From NCBI GenBank assembly GCA_964622545.1, contig CAZUQM010000002.1:225713-289712 (forward strand): a stretch of DNA of 64,000 nt, in the 5' to 3' direction. Numbering within the stretch: the first letter of the stretch is position 1; each line of letters starts with the position of its first letter. A program made the position numbers and the translations under genes. The stretch is from an uncultured Planctomycetales bacterium (GTDB taxonomy: Bacteria > Planctomycetota > Phycisphaerae > UBA1845 > JAFGLZ01). The notes under the pieces were generated by a model. That model searched no databases. It had not been told where the DNA came from and worked only from the letters and a program-made list of their open reading frames with translations. Shown here one piece after another: positions 35,888-46,400 of this stretch.

Positions 35888-37342
35888 TTACTCGAAAGCG
35901 GCCTGCAGCTGAACACGGAACATGCTGATCTCGTCGTTCTGGTTGACGTTGATCCAATCGAACGTACCGGCCGCCTCCGGGATGTAGGTGTAGTCGGCCT
36001 GGATCTTGAAGTTGTGGCTGCTCCAGGGATAGTAGTTCACGCCGAAGGTGTACTCCCACGTGTTGTCGTTGCCGTTGTCCCAGATACCGCCGACTCGCGT
36101 GGCGAGTTCGAGCTTCTTCGGGATGATGAAGTAGCCGGCCTGGACGTAACCGCCCTGGACGTGCGTGGAGTCGCGACGCAGCGTCAGCAGTTCCCACTGC
36201 GAGAATCGCGTGTCGCTGTCGACCGACCGCATGTAGTACTCAGCCGTGGCCGAGAACCCACGATAGCGGAAGGCCACGTCGGTACCGAAGCCGAAGTAGT
36301 CGGTCCCTGTGGCGTCGGCCGTGGCGTTGCCGCCGATGCCGCGGCCGTAACGGATGCGGTCGGGGATGCTGTAGAGCAGGCCCGGCCCGTTGAGGTCGCC
36401 GTTGTCATCGTTGTAGTACATGCTGATGGCGACATCCAACAGCGGATCCTTGCTGAACTGGAGGTCCGTCTCTTCGTTGATGCCCTCGCCGAGGATGTGG
36501 GCGATCATGCGCGACGCGAATGCGAAGTTCGTGTCAAGCTGATCGCGGCTGGGGCTGTCGGTCGGGTTGTTGACGCCGTTGAAGATACCGGCCTGGTAGG
36601 TCAACCTCTTGGCCAGCGTACCGTGGAACATCACGCCGATCGACTGACCGAGGAAGAAGGCCTCCTCAACCATCGAGCGGTCCACGAACTGCAGGCTGCT
36701 GTCCCAGTTCATGAACTGGCGGCCCTGCGGCATGTCCATCAGACCGGCAGCGATCTGGAACTCAGGCATGACCTCATAGTTCACGAAGGCGTAGTAGGTC
36801 TGCCAGTTGTGGGCCAGGTCGGTATCACCCATCACCGTGACCTGGTAGGTCAGCTTGTCGGTGTGGATGTGACCGGCGAACGTCAGGAACAGCTTCTCGA
36901 TCTCAAAGCCGTTGACGTCGTCCTGCGGTTGGAAGCCTTGCCGACGGGGGTTGTCCGTCTGACGATTGTTGCCGGTCCAGCGGATCTGCATGACGCCGCT
37001 GATGTTCAGCAAAAAGGCCTCGTCGCTGCTCTTGATGTAGAAGCCGCCGTCATAGCCGACCTGCATCACGTCCGGATACAGGCTCTCACGGAAGTCGGCG
37101 TCGGCCAGGACTTCCTTGACGACCTTCTTGACCTCTTCTACACGAGCCGCATCCCAGTCTTCGGCCCCGGCCAGGTTCAGCTTGGCTTCCAAATCGTCGA
37201 TGGTCTGCTGCTGCTGGTCGACCAAGGACTGGAGCCGATCGAGACGGGCCTGAAGATCCTCGCCCTGCTGATCCGCTTGGGCGAGCTGTGGCAGGGCTAG
37301 AAACGCGCCCAGAATCAACGCCACCAAGAACCTGCTGCGCAT
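35888..37342 (-). CDS. outer-membrane porin (OprO/P-like, with an N-terminal coiled coil)
   Basis: AGGAGG RBS before ATG 37342. Signal peptide MRSRFLVALILGAFLALPQLAQA. Coiled coil LQARLDRLQSLVDQQQQTIDDLEAKL. The rest alternates Gly/aromatic beta-strand-like sequence and ends ..FRVQLQAAFE. Confidence 0.8.
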   Translation of the reverse strand: MRSRFLVALILGAFLALPQLAQADQQGEDLQARLDRLQSLVDQQQQTIDDLEAKLNLAGAEDWDAARVEEVKKVVKEVLADADFRESLYPDVMQVGYDGGFYIKSSDEAFLLNISGVMQIRWTGNNRQTDNPRRQGFQPQDDVNGFEIEKLFLTFAGHIHTDKLTYQVTVMGDTDLAHNWQTYYAFVNYEVMPEFQIAAGLMDMPQGRQFMNWDSSLQFVDRSMVEEAFFLGQSIGVMFHGTLAKRLTYQAGIFNGVNNPTDSPSRDQLDTNFAFASRMIAHILGEGINEETDLQFSKDPLLDVAISMYYNDDNGDLNGPGLLYSIPDRIRYGRGIGGNATADATGTDYFGFGTDVAFRYRGFSATAEYYMRSVDSDTRFSQWELLTLRRDSTHVQGGYVQAGYFIIPKKLELATRVGGIWDNGNDNTWEYTFGVNYYPWSSHNFKIQADYTYIPEAAGTFDWINVNQNDEISMFRVQLQAAFE

Positions 37343-37946
37343 GAGCCGTCCTCCTAGCTGGGACAATAGACGTTCGTCTTTGTGAAGCGGCAATATGCCT
37401 TGCCCGTCCGCGTCCACACGGGCAAAAACCGGGGCTGACCGCGCCAAGCATCGTCCACCACCGGTCTTCCAAAGGCCTCTTATATCGTGGGCGCCGGTGG
37501 CTGTCAAACGTCAAGGGACAATTTTTTCTGCGGAAATTTCCGGACTGGGGGTCGCAAGCGCGTCCACCACGCCCGGACCCCGGGGCCAGCCCGTCGTCAA
37601 CCACGTCCTGACGACGCTCAGGACGCCTCGGCGGGGCACACCCAACCGCCGCAGGGCCCCGCCCAGGAAGACGTCTCGGCCCGGCCCATCGCGGGGAGTA
37701 GCCGACGGGACCGAGCGGACCGCTCGAGACCGCTCGGACGGCGGATCGAGAGCCGCCGATCGTATGGTCGGACCATCGAACCCCATACGGGCGTCACGGA
37801 GGTGGAGGTTCCCGCGCCCCCGCCGGATCCCCACGTCCGCCAAGAACCCGCGCCGCAAAAGGAAGGCGTTTGACATCCACTGCGTCTCGGTTACCATGAG
37901 GTTTCATGCCCATGGCAGCGGCGAGATGGGCCGTTAGAACCCCCAC

Positions 37947-39032
37947 ATGATGAGTGAAGACCGAGAACGAGCGCAATTCGCTGCAGACGAGCTGGCCATC
38001 GTCCTGAGCCACTACGACCTCGGTGTGATTAAGGAAATCACACCGTTCAAGCGGGGCAGCCGCAAGAGCCCCAAGGTCTACATCAACTCCAGCCGCGGAG
38101 AGTTTGTCCTCAAACGACGCGCCCCCGGCCGCGACGATCCCATGAAGGTGGCTTTCTGTCACTACCTTCAGAACCACCTGGCTCGAAAAGACTTCCCACT
38201 GCCCCACCTGATCGCCACGCGACGCCATCGCAACAGCATGATCCGCTATCGCGACTGGACGTACGAGCTGTTCCAGTTCGTGCACGGCGAGTCCTACAAC
38301 CACTCGGCCGCCCAGAGCCACGATGCGGGTCGCGTCCTCGGCCGATGCCACACCCTCCTGGCCCAATACGAATCCGACTACGCGCCGCCCTCGGCCGGAT
38401 ACCACGACAGCGAGTCGGTCAAGAACGCCCTCAACCATGTGCCCACCCGTTTGCAGGGCCACGAGAGCGTGATCGGGCGCGAGGCCGAGCTCCTCGGCAC
38501 CACGCAGTGGCTCTTCGAGGCCTACGAGACGGCCTCCGAGGCGGCCCGAGAGGCGGGCCTCGAGAAATGGCCCGAGCAGGTGATCCACGGAGACTGGCAC
38601 CCCGGGAATATGCTCTTCAAAGACAACAAGGTCGTGGCCGTGATCGACTACGACTCGGCGCGGGTGGCGCCCTGGGTGACCGACCTGGCCAACGGCATCC
38701 TCCAGTTCTCGATCCTGGGCGGCGGCAACCATCCGGAGCAATGGCCCGACCACTTCGATGAAGAGCGAGCGACGGCCTTCGTGCGCGGTTACCTGACCGA
38801 ACACGACATCAGTGCCGAACAGATGCAGGCCCTCCCGCCTCTAATACAAGAGGCGATTATCGCCGAATCGGCGCTGCCCATCGCCACGGTCGGATCGTTC
38901 GGCCGCATCGAAGGGTTTGGCTTCCTCAAAATGATCAAGCGCAAGGTCGTGTGGCTCAGCGAGCACAAGGACGAGTGGACGCTGACCTTGGAGCAACTCC
39001 TCGAAGAGCGCCAGGCCGAAGAGTCGGCTTAA
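37947..39032 (+). CDS. APH/homoserine-kinase-II-like phosphotransferase
   Basis: Catalytic loop VIHGDWHPGNMLF and metal-binding VIDYDSA motifs. Confidence 0.8.
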   Translation: MMSEDRERAQFAADELAIVLSHYDLGVIKEITPFKRGSRKSPKVYINSSRGEFVLKRRAPGRDDPMKVAFCHYLQNHLARKDFPLPHLIATRRHRNSMIRYRDWTYELFQFVHGESYNHSAAQSHDAGRVLGRCHTLLAQYESDYAPPSAGYHDSESVKNALNHVPTRLQGHESVIGREAELLGTTQWLFEAYETASEAAREAGLEKWPEQVIHGDWHPGNMLFKDNKVVAVIDYDSARVAPWVTDLANGILQFSILGGGNHPEQWPDHFDEERATAFVRGYLTEHDISAEQMQALPPLIQEAIIAESALPIATVGSFGRIEGFGFLKMIKRKVVWLSEHKDEWTLTLEQLLEERQAEESA

Positions 39033-39065
39033 ACGCCCCCCTGAGCCAACCCGAAAGGCTGTCCC

Positions 39066-39662
39066 ATGAACGTGCACACCAAGCGAGTAGCGGTTGCCGC
39101 CGTGGTGATCGGCGTTGCCGTCGCCGCGGGCGTCGGGATCTTCTACGCCTACTTCTACGTGCCCCACTTCGCGGAGGTCACGCCGGAGACGCTCTATCGC
39201 AGCGGCCAGCCAGGCGAGGGCGACCTCGAACGATTGCACCGCGTCTACGGCATCAAGACCGTGGTCAACCTGCGGGGCAAAGACGAGCAGACCGGCGAGC
39301 ATGGCCTGACGTTCGACGACGAAGTGGCCACGGCCAAGGAGCTCGGGCTCAACTTCGTTCACCTGCCCATGCCCAGCAAGCACAATCCCGATCCGAACGT
39401 GCTGCGGCGCTGGATGGACGTCGTCTCGGACGAGAAGAACAAGCCGGTGCTCGTCCACTGCAAACGGGGCGTCGACCGCACCGGACTGCTCGTGGCGCTC
39501 TACCGGGCGCAGAAGGAAGGCTGGACGCTTGATCGTGCCCTCGACGAGGCCGTCGAGCAGAGGCTCGATCCCGAAGATTGCCCGGCCGTCCGGCAATCGC
39601 TCGAGAGTTTTCTGAAAGCACCAACGACGACGGCGTCAACGCAACCGAAGCAAGGACCGTGA
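39066..39662 (+). CDS. membrane-anchored Cys-based protein tyrosine/dual-specificity phosphatase
   Basis: N-terminal TM segment VAVAAVVIGVAVAAGVGIFYAYF. C(X)5R P-loop VLVHCKRGVDRTGLLVALY. Confidence 0.8.
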   Translation: MNVHTKRVAVAAVVIGVAVAAGVGIFYAYFYVPHFAEVTPETLYRSGQPGEGDLERLHRVYGIKTVVNLRGKDEQTGEHGLTFDDEVATAKELGLNFVHLPMPSKHNPDPNVLRRWMDVVSDEKNKPVLVHCKRGVDRTGLLVALYRAQKEGWTLDRALDEAVEQRLDPEDCPAVRQSLESFLKAPTTTASTQPKQGP

Positions 39663-41357
39663 GGAAGCCCCGCCGTCGAAGTGACTCGCCCCCGGTGCCA
39701 CCGACCGATCCGGTCTCCATCGACCCGGCCAAGCAGACATGGCCGCCGGTGCCGTGGAGTCTACGGCCTCCGAGGACACCGCCCCGCTCTCACTTCCCCG
39801 TTCCCGAGTCCCACATCCCTCTGATGCCGCCCTGCGGTCAGGACGGTCCTTGCCGCCCGCCCGCTCCAACGCCGCCAGCACATCCTCCGAGCGAAGCACC
39901 GGCGGTAGCAGGCCCCGCATCGTCATGGCAAAGGCCGTGCTGCTGAGCCGATCGATCGAGCCGTGCGTGCTCTCGGCCCCGCCGATCATCGCGTCGAAGA
40001 AGCCCCCGCCGTGACTGAACCCGTTGTGCAGAGAGACGATCACATCGGCACTGATCTCGGTGACACCGTTGAATGCCCACCACGCGCGATGAAGCGGATC
40101 GGGGAACAGATGGTCCGCCGTGGCCGCCAGCAGCGTGCGGTCATCGATCACGCCCTCGGCGGCGACGTGGCCCGCGGCCCGAAGCCGATCGACGAGCGGC
40201 CCAAGCCGGAGCGGATCACCCTCAACCTGGTCGTAGACGTACCCGTCGCTCTGCCGCCGGATGACCGCCCGACCGCCGGGACTCAGCACGATCACCTCCC
40301 CGTCTCCCCTCACGAACGTCAGCTCGACGGCGTGGTGGTCGCGGAGGACCTCGCCGAGCGCCTCCGGTTGCTTCGCCCAGAACGCCGCATACGTCACCAG
40401 GCCGTACTCGACCGTGACCGCGTCGTTCGGCCCCTCCAGCCGTTTGCCGAGGTGGAACCCGCGCTCGGTGAGGAAGCGCCCGAACGTCACCCGCCGACAC
40501 GGCATGAGTCCGTGTCCATGGTCGCTCAAGATGCTGATCGTCACACGGCCGCGCCGCTCCAGGACGATCTGCTGACAGAGTCGGTCGACACGTCGGAGGA
40601 TCTCGCCAAAGGCCTCGCGGCCACCGCGCGTCCCAAGACCGGCCGTGCCGACGGTGTAGCCGGAGGCCGTGCCGCGCTCGACCCGCTTGAACGTACGATA
40701 GAGGCCCCGCATCTCGTGATCGAAGACGAGCTGCGGCGTGAGGTAGGCGCTGGCGTCCCACAGGAAGCTGCACCGGTAATCCGTCTTCGGCACCCACGGC
40801 GAGTTCTCCGCCGCCAGATACGTCAGGATGCCGTTGTTGAGGCGGTTGGCCTGGCGATCGAACCACAAGGCCTCGTATCCCCGACAGGGCCCGACGTGCC
40901 AGACTCGCGACAACGCCACGTCGGTCATCGCCGGAAACGGGCTGATCACGCGAACCGGCGGGCGGAAGAGTCGCAGCCGGCCCTGGCGGTAGGCCTGCTC
41001 GGCACAGACATAGGGACAGCCGTCGAGGGCGATGATGAAGTGCGGGACCTCGGCGGCGTCGACGGCGCTGAGATCAACGACGGCGTCGGGCTCGCCGTTG
41101 CGGTCGTCGTCGAAGCGGAGCTCGACCACGCGTCCGGCATCATTCAGCCGTTGCCAGTAGTCGGGACGCTGGTTGCCGTCGGTGTCGTACGTGAGGGCCT
41201 GTGCGCGAACGTGTTGGCCACGCGCCATCGGATCGACCGGAAACCGCAGCGTCGGGTCGCACCCGGCGGTCGCGGCGAGCAAGGAGACGAACAGCAAGGG
41301 AGCGAACGATTGGCGGGCCGGCGAACACAGCGTACTGCCATACAATCGCTTGTACAT
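39636..41357 (-). CDS. alkaline-phosphatase-superfamily protein (possible lipoprotein)
   Basis: The start is set at MYKRLYG...LLAATAGCDP. Core motifs HFIIALDGCPY, TISILSDHGHG and AESTHGSIDR. The ~75-aa C-terminal tail is low-complexity. The 3' end overlaps the convergent phosphatase gene by 27 nt. Confidence 0.7.
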   Translation of the reverse strand: MYKRLYGSTLCSPARQSFAPLLFVSLLAATAGCDPTLRFPVDPMARGQHVRAQALTYDTDGNQRPDYWQRLNDAGRVVELRFDDDRNGEPDAVVDLSAVDAAEVPHFIIALDGCPYVCAEQAYRQGRLRLFRPPVRVISPFPAMTDVALSRVWHVGPCRGYEALWFDRQANRLNNGILTYLAAENSPWVPKTDYRCSFLWDASAYLTPQLVFDHEMRGLYRTFKRVERGTASGYTVGTAGLGTRGGREAFGEILRRVDRLCQQIVLERRGRVTISILSDHGHGLMPCRRVTFGRFLTERGFHLGKRLEGPNDAVTVEYGLVTYAAFWAKQPEALGEVLRDHHAVELTFVRGDGEVIVLSPGGRAVIRRQSDGYVYDQVEGDPLRLGPLVDRLRAAGHVAAEGVIDDRTLLAATADHLFPDPLHRAWWAFNGVTEISADVIVSLHNGFSHGGGFFDAMIGGAESTHGSIDRLSSTAFAMTMRGLLPPVLRSEDVLAALERAGGKDRPDRRAASEGCGTRERGSESGAVSSEAVDSTAPAAMSAWPGRWRPDRSVAPGASHFDGGASSRSLLRLR

Positions 41358-41482
41358 GCGGACAGCCCGGAGCGAGATCAAGACACGTTGGCGGCGACGT
41401 CTTGAGTATACCCGCCAAGGTCGTCGGATCGAAGGAATGCAAGCAGGCCTCCGGCTGACGAAGGACGAGCCTGCAAGAACCA

Positions 41483-41615
41483 GAGACACGATCGTGAGGG
41501 AGCGTTGCTGCTCGCTGTTGTGTCGACTTGTCGATTTGTCGCCGCGTTGACGTGCCGCGCGGTGGCGTCAAGCCGCCGCATCTCCACGTGGTCGCCGTCA
41601 AAGACGGCTCCTACC
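41483..41615 (+). repeat. partial or hybrid copy of the repeat family directly downstream of ilvE
   Basis: Contains AGACACGATCGTGAGGGAGCGTTGCTGCT (the type-1 hairpin left arm) at 41483-41513. Contains GTCGCCGTCAAAGACGGCTCCTACC at 41591-41615, identical to 6283-6307 of copy A except for one loop base. Confidence 0.6.
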
Positions 41616-42510
41616 CCTCGCGCGCCAGAGCGTGGAAGTCGGCCATGAGCTGTTGCGTCACCGGGCCGGGCATGCCCGTGCCGACGGGCCGGCCGTCGAT
41701 CTGAGTCACGGCGATGACCTCGGCGGCCGTGCCGGTCAAAAAGCACTCCTCCGCGGCGATCAGGTCGAATCGGACCAGATCTTTCTCGACGACCTGAATG
41801 TTGCGCTTTCGGGCCAGCTCGATGACCGCCTGGCGCGTGATGCCCTCGAGGATGCCCGCGCTGGTCGGCGGCGTCTCGAGCCGGCAGTTGCGGTAGATGA
41901 AGATGTTGTCGCCCGTGCACTCGGCGATCTTGCCCTCGTGGTTGAGCATGATGGCCTCGGGCGCCTCAGCGTCCTGGCCCTCGATCTTGGCCAGGATGTT
42001 GTTCAGGTAGTTCAGCGACTTGATTCGAGGGCTCAGCGCGTTCGGATGGTTGCGGATCGTGCTGACCGTGATCACGTGCATGCCGTTCTGGTAGAGCTCT
42101 TTGGGGTAAAGCTCGATCTGGTCGGCAATGATGAACACCGACGGGCAGGCCGTCTTCTCGATGCTAAGTCCCAGCGTGCCCACGCCGCGCGTCACGACGA
42201 GCCGGATGTACGCATCGCCGCCGGCCAGGCCGTTGGCCTCGAGCGTCTCGTACATCGCCTGGGTGACCTCGTCGGCCGTCATGGGGATATCGAGCCGGAT
42301 CGCCCGGGCCGAATCGAAGAACCGTCGGACATGCTCGGCACACCGAAAGATCGTGCCGTTGTAGACGCGGATGCCCTCGAAGCAGCCGTCGCCGTAGAGC
42401 AGGCCGTGATCGAAGACGCTGATCTTGGCCTCGCTGGGCGGCACGAGCTCGCCGTCGAGCCAGATCTTCAGGTCGGGTCGTGGTGCGAAGGGGTTCTCTT
42501 TCTTGGTCAT
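41611..42510 (-). CDS. ilvE: branched-chain amino acid aminotransferase (class IV)
   Basis: IWLDGELVPPSEAKISVFDHGLLYGDGCFEGIRVYNG, and EGKIAECTGDNIF...TPPTSAGILEGITR. Confidence 0.92.
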   Translation of the reverse strand: MTKKENPFAPRPDLKIWLDGELVPPSEAKISVFDHGLLYGDGCFEGIRVYNGTIFRCAEHVRRFFDSARAIRLDIPMTADEVTQAMYETLEANGLAGGDAYIRLVVTRGVGTLGLSIEKTACPSVFIIADQIELYPKELYQNGMHVITVSTIRNHPNALSPRIKSLNYLNNILAKIEGQDAEAPEAIMLNHEGKIAECTGDNIFIYRNCRLETPPTSAGILEGITRQAVIELARKRNIQVVEKDLVRFDLIAAEECFLTGTAAEVIAVTQIDGRPVGTGMPGPVTQQLMADFHALAREG

Positions 42511-42672
42511 GTCCGTTGTCCGTTAGCGTCCACAGTCGCTGCGACACAGAAAAACGCCGTCCGACCTCCGAACGGGCTCTGCCCATGTGGCCCAGCCGCC
42601 CTCGGCTGGAAGGGGTCTTCGCTCCCGGCCGGGGGCGACCGTGCCACAAAGACTCTCCCGCTTCCGGGCAGC

Positions 42673-43455
42673 TCAGACGGCCTTGACGCGCCCGTCCTCC
42701 ATGAGCACGGTGCGATGGGCCTGCTCGGCCACCGAGGGATCGTGCGTGACCATGACGATGGTCTGCCCCTCGGCGTTCAAGTCCTGCAACAGGTTGAGGA
42801 TCTCGCGGCCCGTGCGAGCATCCAGGTTACCGGTGGGCTCATCGGCAAGCAAGACCCGAGGCCGGTTGATAAGGGCTCTGGCGATCGCAACGCGCTGGCG
42901 CTCGCCGCCGGACAGCTCATTGGGCCGATGACGCAGCCGATCGCCCAGGCCGAGTTGCTGGGCGGTGTCTTCGGCGCGGGCCGACAGGTCGCCCTGGTGA
43001 CCGAGCCAACCGCCGACCGACGAGCCGACCATGCACGGCAGCAGGATGTTCTCGAGCACGTCCAGCTCGGGCAACAGATGATAGAACTGGAAGACGAACC
43101 CGAAGGCCTCGTTGCGGAGCCGATTGCGCGACGGCTCGAGCGGACCGGCACGGAGCCTGGCGGCAAACGGCGAGTGCTCGGCCGTGGCCCGCTCGACGAT
43201 CGGGATCGTGCGGGTGGCCTCGGGCTCGAAGAGGTCCTTGCCGTCGAAGACCACCTGGCCCTTTTGGGGGATGTCCAGCGCCCCGAGAATGTGCATCAGC
43301 GTGCTCTTGCCGCTGCCGCTGCTGCCCATGATGGCCACGAACTCGCCGCGCCGCACCGACATCGACGCGCCGCGCAGGACCTTCAGCTCGACGCGCCCGA
43401 GCGGGTAGCTCTTGTGCACGTCCTTGGCGGCCAAAATGGTCTCGCCGCTACTCAT
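42673..43455 (-). CDS. ABC transporter ATP-binding protein (LolD/MacB type) with an extra segment before the Q-loop
   Basis: Walker A GSSGSGKST, signature LSGGERQRVAIARAL and Walker B LLADEPTGNLD. About 25 extra residues (EPEATRTIPIVERATAEHSPFAARLRAGPLEPSR) precede GFVFQ. Confidence 0.9.
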   Translation of the reverse strand: MSSGETILAAKDVHKSYPLGRVELKVLRGASMSVRRGEFVAIMGSSGSGKSTLMHILGALDIPQKGQVVFDGKDLFEPEATRTIPIVERATAEHSPFAARLRAGPLEPSRNRLRNEAFGFVFQFYHLLPELDVLENILLPCMVGSSVGGWLGHQGDLSARAEDTAQQLGLGDRLRHRPNELSGGERQRVAIARALINRPRVLLADEPTGNLDARTGREILNLLQDLNAEGQTIVMVTHDPSVAEQAHRTVLMEDGRVKAV

Positions 43456-46400
43456 ACCGCAGCGCCTCCACGGGCCAGGTCCGCCCCGCTCGCAGGGCGG
43501 GGAACGTCGCCCCCAGCACCGACGAGATGACCGCCACGATGAAGATGACGGCCGCCTCCTCGGGCTTGACCTTGTCGGGGATGATGTCGAAGGTGTAGAC
43601 CTCGGCGCTCCAGATCCGCAGGCCCGGATGAATCCGCGCCATCCAGTCCTGTACGGTGTTGATGTTGTGCACGAAGATCGTGCCGAGCCAGATGCCCAGC
43701 GCCCCGCCGACCACGCCGATCGCCGCCCCGTAGGCCAGGAACACCCCCGCCACCCCGCCGGCCGAGGCGCCCACGCTCTTGAGGATCCCGATGTCGCGCG
43801 TCTTCTCCGTGACGATCATGTAGAAGATGCACAGCACGAGGAAGATCGCCACGGCCGAGACCACCGCGAAGAGCGTCAGCACCAGGATCTTCTCCTTGTG
43901 GACGGCCGCGATGAACTGGGCCTGCTGCTCCTCCCAGGTGTTGATCTCGACCTCGTGCATCGCGTCGAGGCCCTCGTCCATCCAGCCGCGGCAGTGTGCG
44001 GCCCATTCCTTCCAGAGCAAGCGCCGGGCCTCGAGCAGGTCCTGGCCCTCGGTGAGCTTGATGAGCACCTGCGATGCCCGCGGCGGGGTCGTGCCGCCGC
44101 CTTCCTTCTTGAGCGGCCCCATCTGCATCATCTGCTGCATCATCTCGAAATCGACGTAGACGCAGATCGAGTCGATGTCGTAGACCCCCGTCCGAGAGTC
44201 GTCGACGTAGCGCAGCTTCAGGCTGATCGGCTTCTGACGGGCAAACGTGCCCGACGGCGTGAGCGGCAGCACGGCCACCGTCATCTCCGAGCCGCGCGGG
44301 TAGTAGCGCCGATACTCGCCGCTGGCCTCGCGCTTGGCGATCAGGTCGCGGCCGATGATGACACCGTACAGCGACGGACCCGTGTAGCCCGGCCGATTGT
44401 GCACCAACGCCAGGGCATCCAGCGGCCCGCGCAGTTTGCCGAGCACGGCGTTGATCGCGTCGACGACCGACTTGTCGCGGGCGGTGAGCTTGTCCGAAAT
44501 CTCCATCAACGGCTCGATGAGACCCTCGAGCGCGGGCTTGACCGGCTCCAGCTCGGGCCACTCGGGCAGGTACGGGACGGACTCCTTGAGCAGGTCCTCC
44601 AGCTCGGACGCCTGCTTCAGCGCGCGGTCGGCCAGGGTCGGCACCTCCGGCGCGGCGGGCGCGGTGCTCGATGACGAACCGTTCTTCGATGATTCCGCGG
44701 CCTGACGCAGCACGTCCTCGGTGTCCGCACCACCGCGGCTCACCGTCGAGCCCTTCCACTGACCGGCCGCGGCGTCCTCGCCGATGAGCTGAAGCTCGGC
44801 CATCATCGATCGGAGCGCGTGGTACAGCTCGGCCACGTCGCTGCGGTGGTGACCGATGTAGAAGAACGGGCCGGGATAGCGCTCGTAGGGTTCGCGCTGG
44901 AACCGGTCGAGCTTGTTGGGGTCGTCGAGGGTGGCCAGCCCTTTGGCGCGGGCGGCCTCATACTTGGGCGGCAGGACGGGCAGCTTCTCTTTGTCGCGCC
45001 CCCAGTAGGGCTGCTGCTGTCGGGACAGGTGGGTCGTGCCGGGATAGAGCGGCTCGTGAGAGAGCCCCTCGCCGAAGCGCGTCACGTTGACGATCTCATC
45101 CAGCCGGATGCCCATCACGCGAATCATCTGCGTGACCTTCGAGCTGTCGATGCGGAGCACGCCGTAGGTATAGATGACCGGCGTGGCTTCGGCGACGATC
45201 GGATGACCGTCCTCGTCGCGGAGCGTCTTGATGCGGTCGCTGAACTCCTGGTAGCCCGGAAAGCCTAGCAGCGAACCGTTCTGCATGATCAGATCGCCCA
45301 GCAGGCCGTGCGACCGCTCGCGGACCAGATCCAGAAAGCCGCCCATCACGCTGATGACGATCAGCACCATCGCCACGCACAGCGTGACCGCACCGATGGC
45401 GAAGAACGCGATCCGCCGCTTCTGCAAGAGCCGCGTGGCCATGAAGGGCGCGTAGTGGCGGGTCGCGCTGACGTCGCGGCTGATGACCCATCCCAGCCAG
45501 CAGGCGAAGGCCAGCACGGCCAGGCCGACGATCACGAGACCGATGTTCAGCGCGACGTAGTCGGGCATGGGCGAGTCGCCCACCAGGCAGGCGCTAAGCA
45601 GGCCCACCGGTAGTCCGAGACGCAGCAGGTACACGACGAAGCGCAGCCAGGCGAATCGAAGCAGCGCGTTCAGTCCGGGCAGGCGGATCAACGTCACCGC
45701 CCCCAGCAGGAGGCAGCCGGCGAACACGACGCACCGCTCGACCTTGTCGATGGACATCTCGGCCGGGCTGTAGTACCAGGGCAGACCCACCAGGCGGCGG
45801 CGCGTCTGGAAGGACAGGTCCCGCAGCTCGGCCCGCGAGGCGTCGGGGCCCTTGCCGGTCAGCAGGACATAGTCCTCGAACGCGACCATGTCGTTGGCCT
45901 GGATGGCCCGCTCGTACAGCCCCGGCAGCATCTTGTCGCGGTTGGCCAGGACGACGGGCGACTTCTCGAGGAGCCTGGCGATCTCCGTGTCGCGATGTCG
46001 CTCGTACAGGGCCTGACCCGGAATCTCCGTGCCGATGAGCCACAGCCCCGACTGGGCGTTGAGCGCGGTCACGAGAAACCACGCGAGCACGTGGATCCAG
46101 ACCGCGCCGGCCAGGGCCTGCTTGGTGGGATGGACCGGACCGATCTGCCACCGACCCAAGGCCTGCCCCGCCCTGAGGAGCCAGACGTGCAGGTTCACCC
46201 ATACCAGCACCAGCACCGCCGGCACGGCCATCAGAATGAACACGGGCGAGATCGCAAAGGCCCAGGCCTCGCCGCGACGGGCCACCCTCCCATAGATGCC
46301 GACCACGATCCAGGCCAGCGTCGGCAGGAGCGGCAGGACGACCAGATCGACCAGGATCAGGTAGCAGAGCGGCCAGAGGATCGGCGGAACGTGCGCCCAG

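Noticed and set aside
41632-43530. 632-aa plus-strand ORF
   Set aside because: It lies antisense to ilvE and the ABC ATPase, both of which have unambiguous family motifs on the minus strand.
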